Positions 15,782 to 16,089 of a DNA stretch of 16,089 nt are shown here, piece by piece; position 1 is the first letter of the stretch; each line of letters starts with the position of its first letter. The translations under genes were made by a program, and so were the position numbers. Origin of the DNA: an uncultured Candidatus Bathyarchaeia archaeon (GTDB lineage: Archaea; Thermoproteota; Bathyarchaeia; Bathyarchaeales; Bathycorpusculaceae); contig CAYVGZ010000034.1 in the NCBI GenBank assembly GCA_964450845.1, forward strand, positions 1 through 16,089. The letters run 5' to 3'. The notes beneath the pieces are model-generated. The model did no database searches and had not been told where the DNA came from. It worked only from the letters and a program-made list of their open reading frames with translations.

Positions 15782-15976
15782 ATAGTCCGTAGTGTATAAA
15801 CCTCAATGCAATAAGAGGTTAGGGATAAGACTTTACCCCAACCAACCAAACCGTAACTGCAACACTACATCAACAACACGCCAGTGAAAACCCTAAAATA
15901 GCGACAACTCAACTAAAGCCTTACTTAAAGACATAGGCTATTTTCCAGCTTCAGTCTAAAGGCTGATAACACGTGC

Positions 15977-15998
15977 TTTTACAAACCATCTGTAAAAA
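15977..15998 (-). terminator. Possible T-tract/hairpin terminator after the 3'-edge ORF
   Basis: TTTTACA (15977-15983) / TGTAAAA (15991-15997) inverted repeat with 7-nt loop; on the minus strand the TAG is followed directly by TTTTT. Confidence 0.35.
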
Positions 15999-16088
15999 CT
16001 AGGTAGAAGTGATTCTAGCATGCACTTTCTTCTTGTGCGGCCTGTGCATTCTCTTCAAGTATCTTTCCCTTCTCTTACGTTTCTTCCT
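15999..16088 (-). CDS. C-terminal fragment of a very basic protein (truncated by window edge)
   Basis: Minus-strand frame open from the edge: RKKRKRRERYLKRMHRPHKKKVHARITST*, TAG at 15999-16001. Confidence 0.45.
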   Translation of the reverse strand, partial: RKKRKRRERYLKRMHRPHKKKVHARITST

Positions 16089-16089
16089 A

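Noticed and set aside
1-16089. tRNA, rRNA, CRISPR array, transposase or integrase
   Set aside because: No cloverleaf/T-loop signature, regularly spaced repeats, DDE/HUH or tyrosine-recombinase motifs found by eye.

Overview
Archaeal genomic window (GatD/GatE are archaea-specific; a Bathyarchaeia-like/TACK origin is my inference from protein style, not proven). 1-3.7 kb: 5'-truncated hypothetical gene and the gatD-gatE Glu-tRNA(Gln) amidotransferase operon (+). 3.7-10.8 kb: a peptide/nickel-type ABC transporter operon (-, oppA-B-C-D-F) with two oddities: OppC carries an extra ~250-aa, ~8-helix membrane domain, and oppA is split by a single in-frame TAG. 10.9-15.8 kb: an accessory-looking region with a membrane/coiled-coil/Zn-ribbon gene, four related small proteins (shared N-terminal beta-hairpin+helix motif, C-terminal winged-helix-like domain; three in one operon, the fourth paired with a PD-(D/E)xK nuclease-like gene), and a DUF5678-like + retropepsin-like protease pair bracketed by a 52-bp diverged direct repeat containing a TATA-like box. 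The + strand is A/C-rich at both ends of the window and G/T-rich across ~10.9-13.9 kb irrespective of gene orientation. No tRNA, rRNA, CRISPR array, transposase or integrase was recognised. All family assignments are motif recognition by eye, not database searches.
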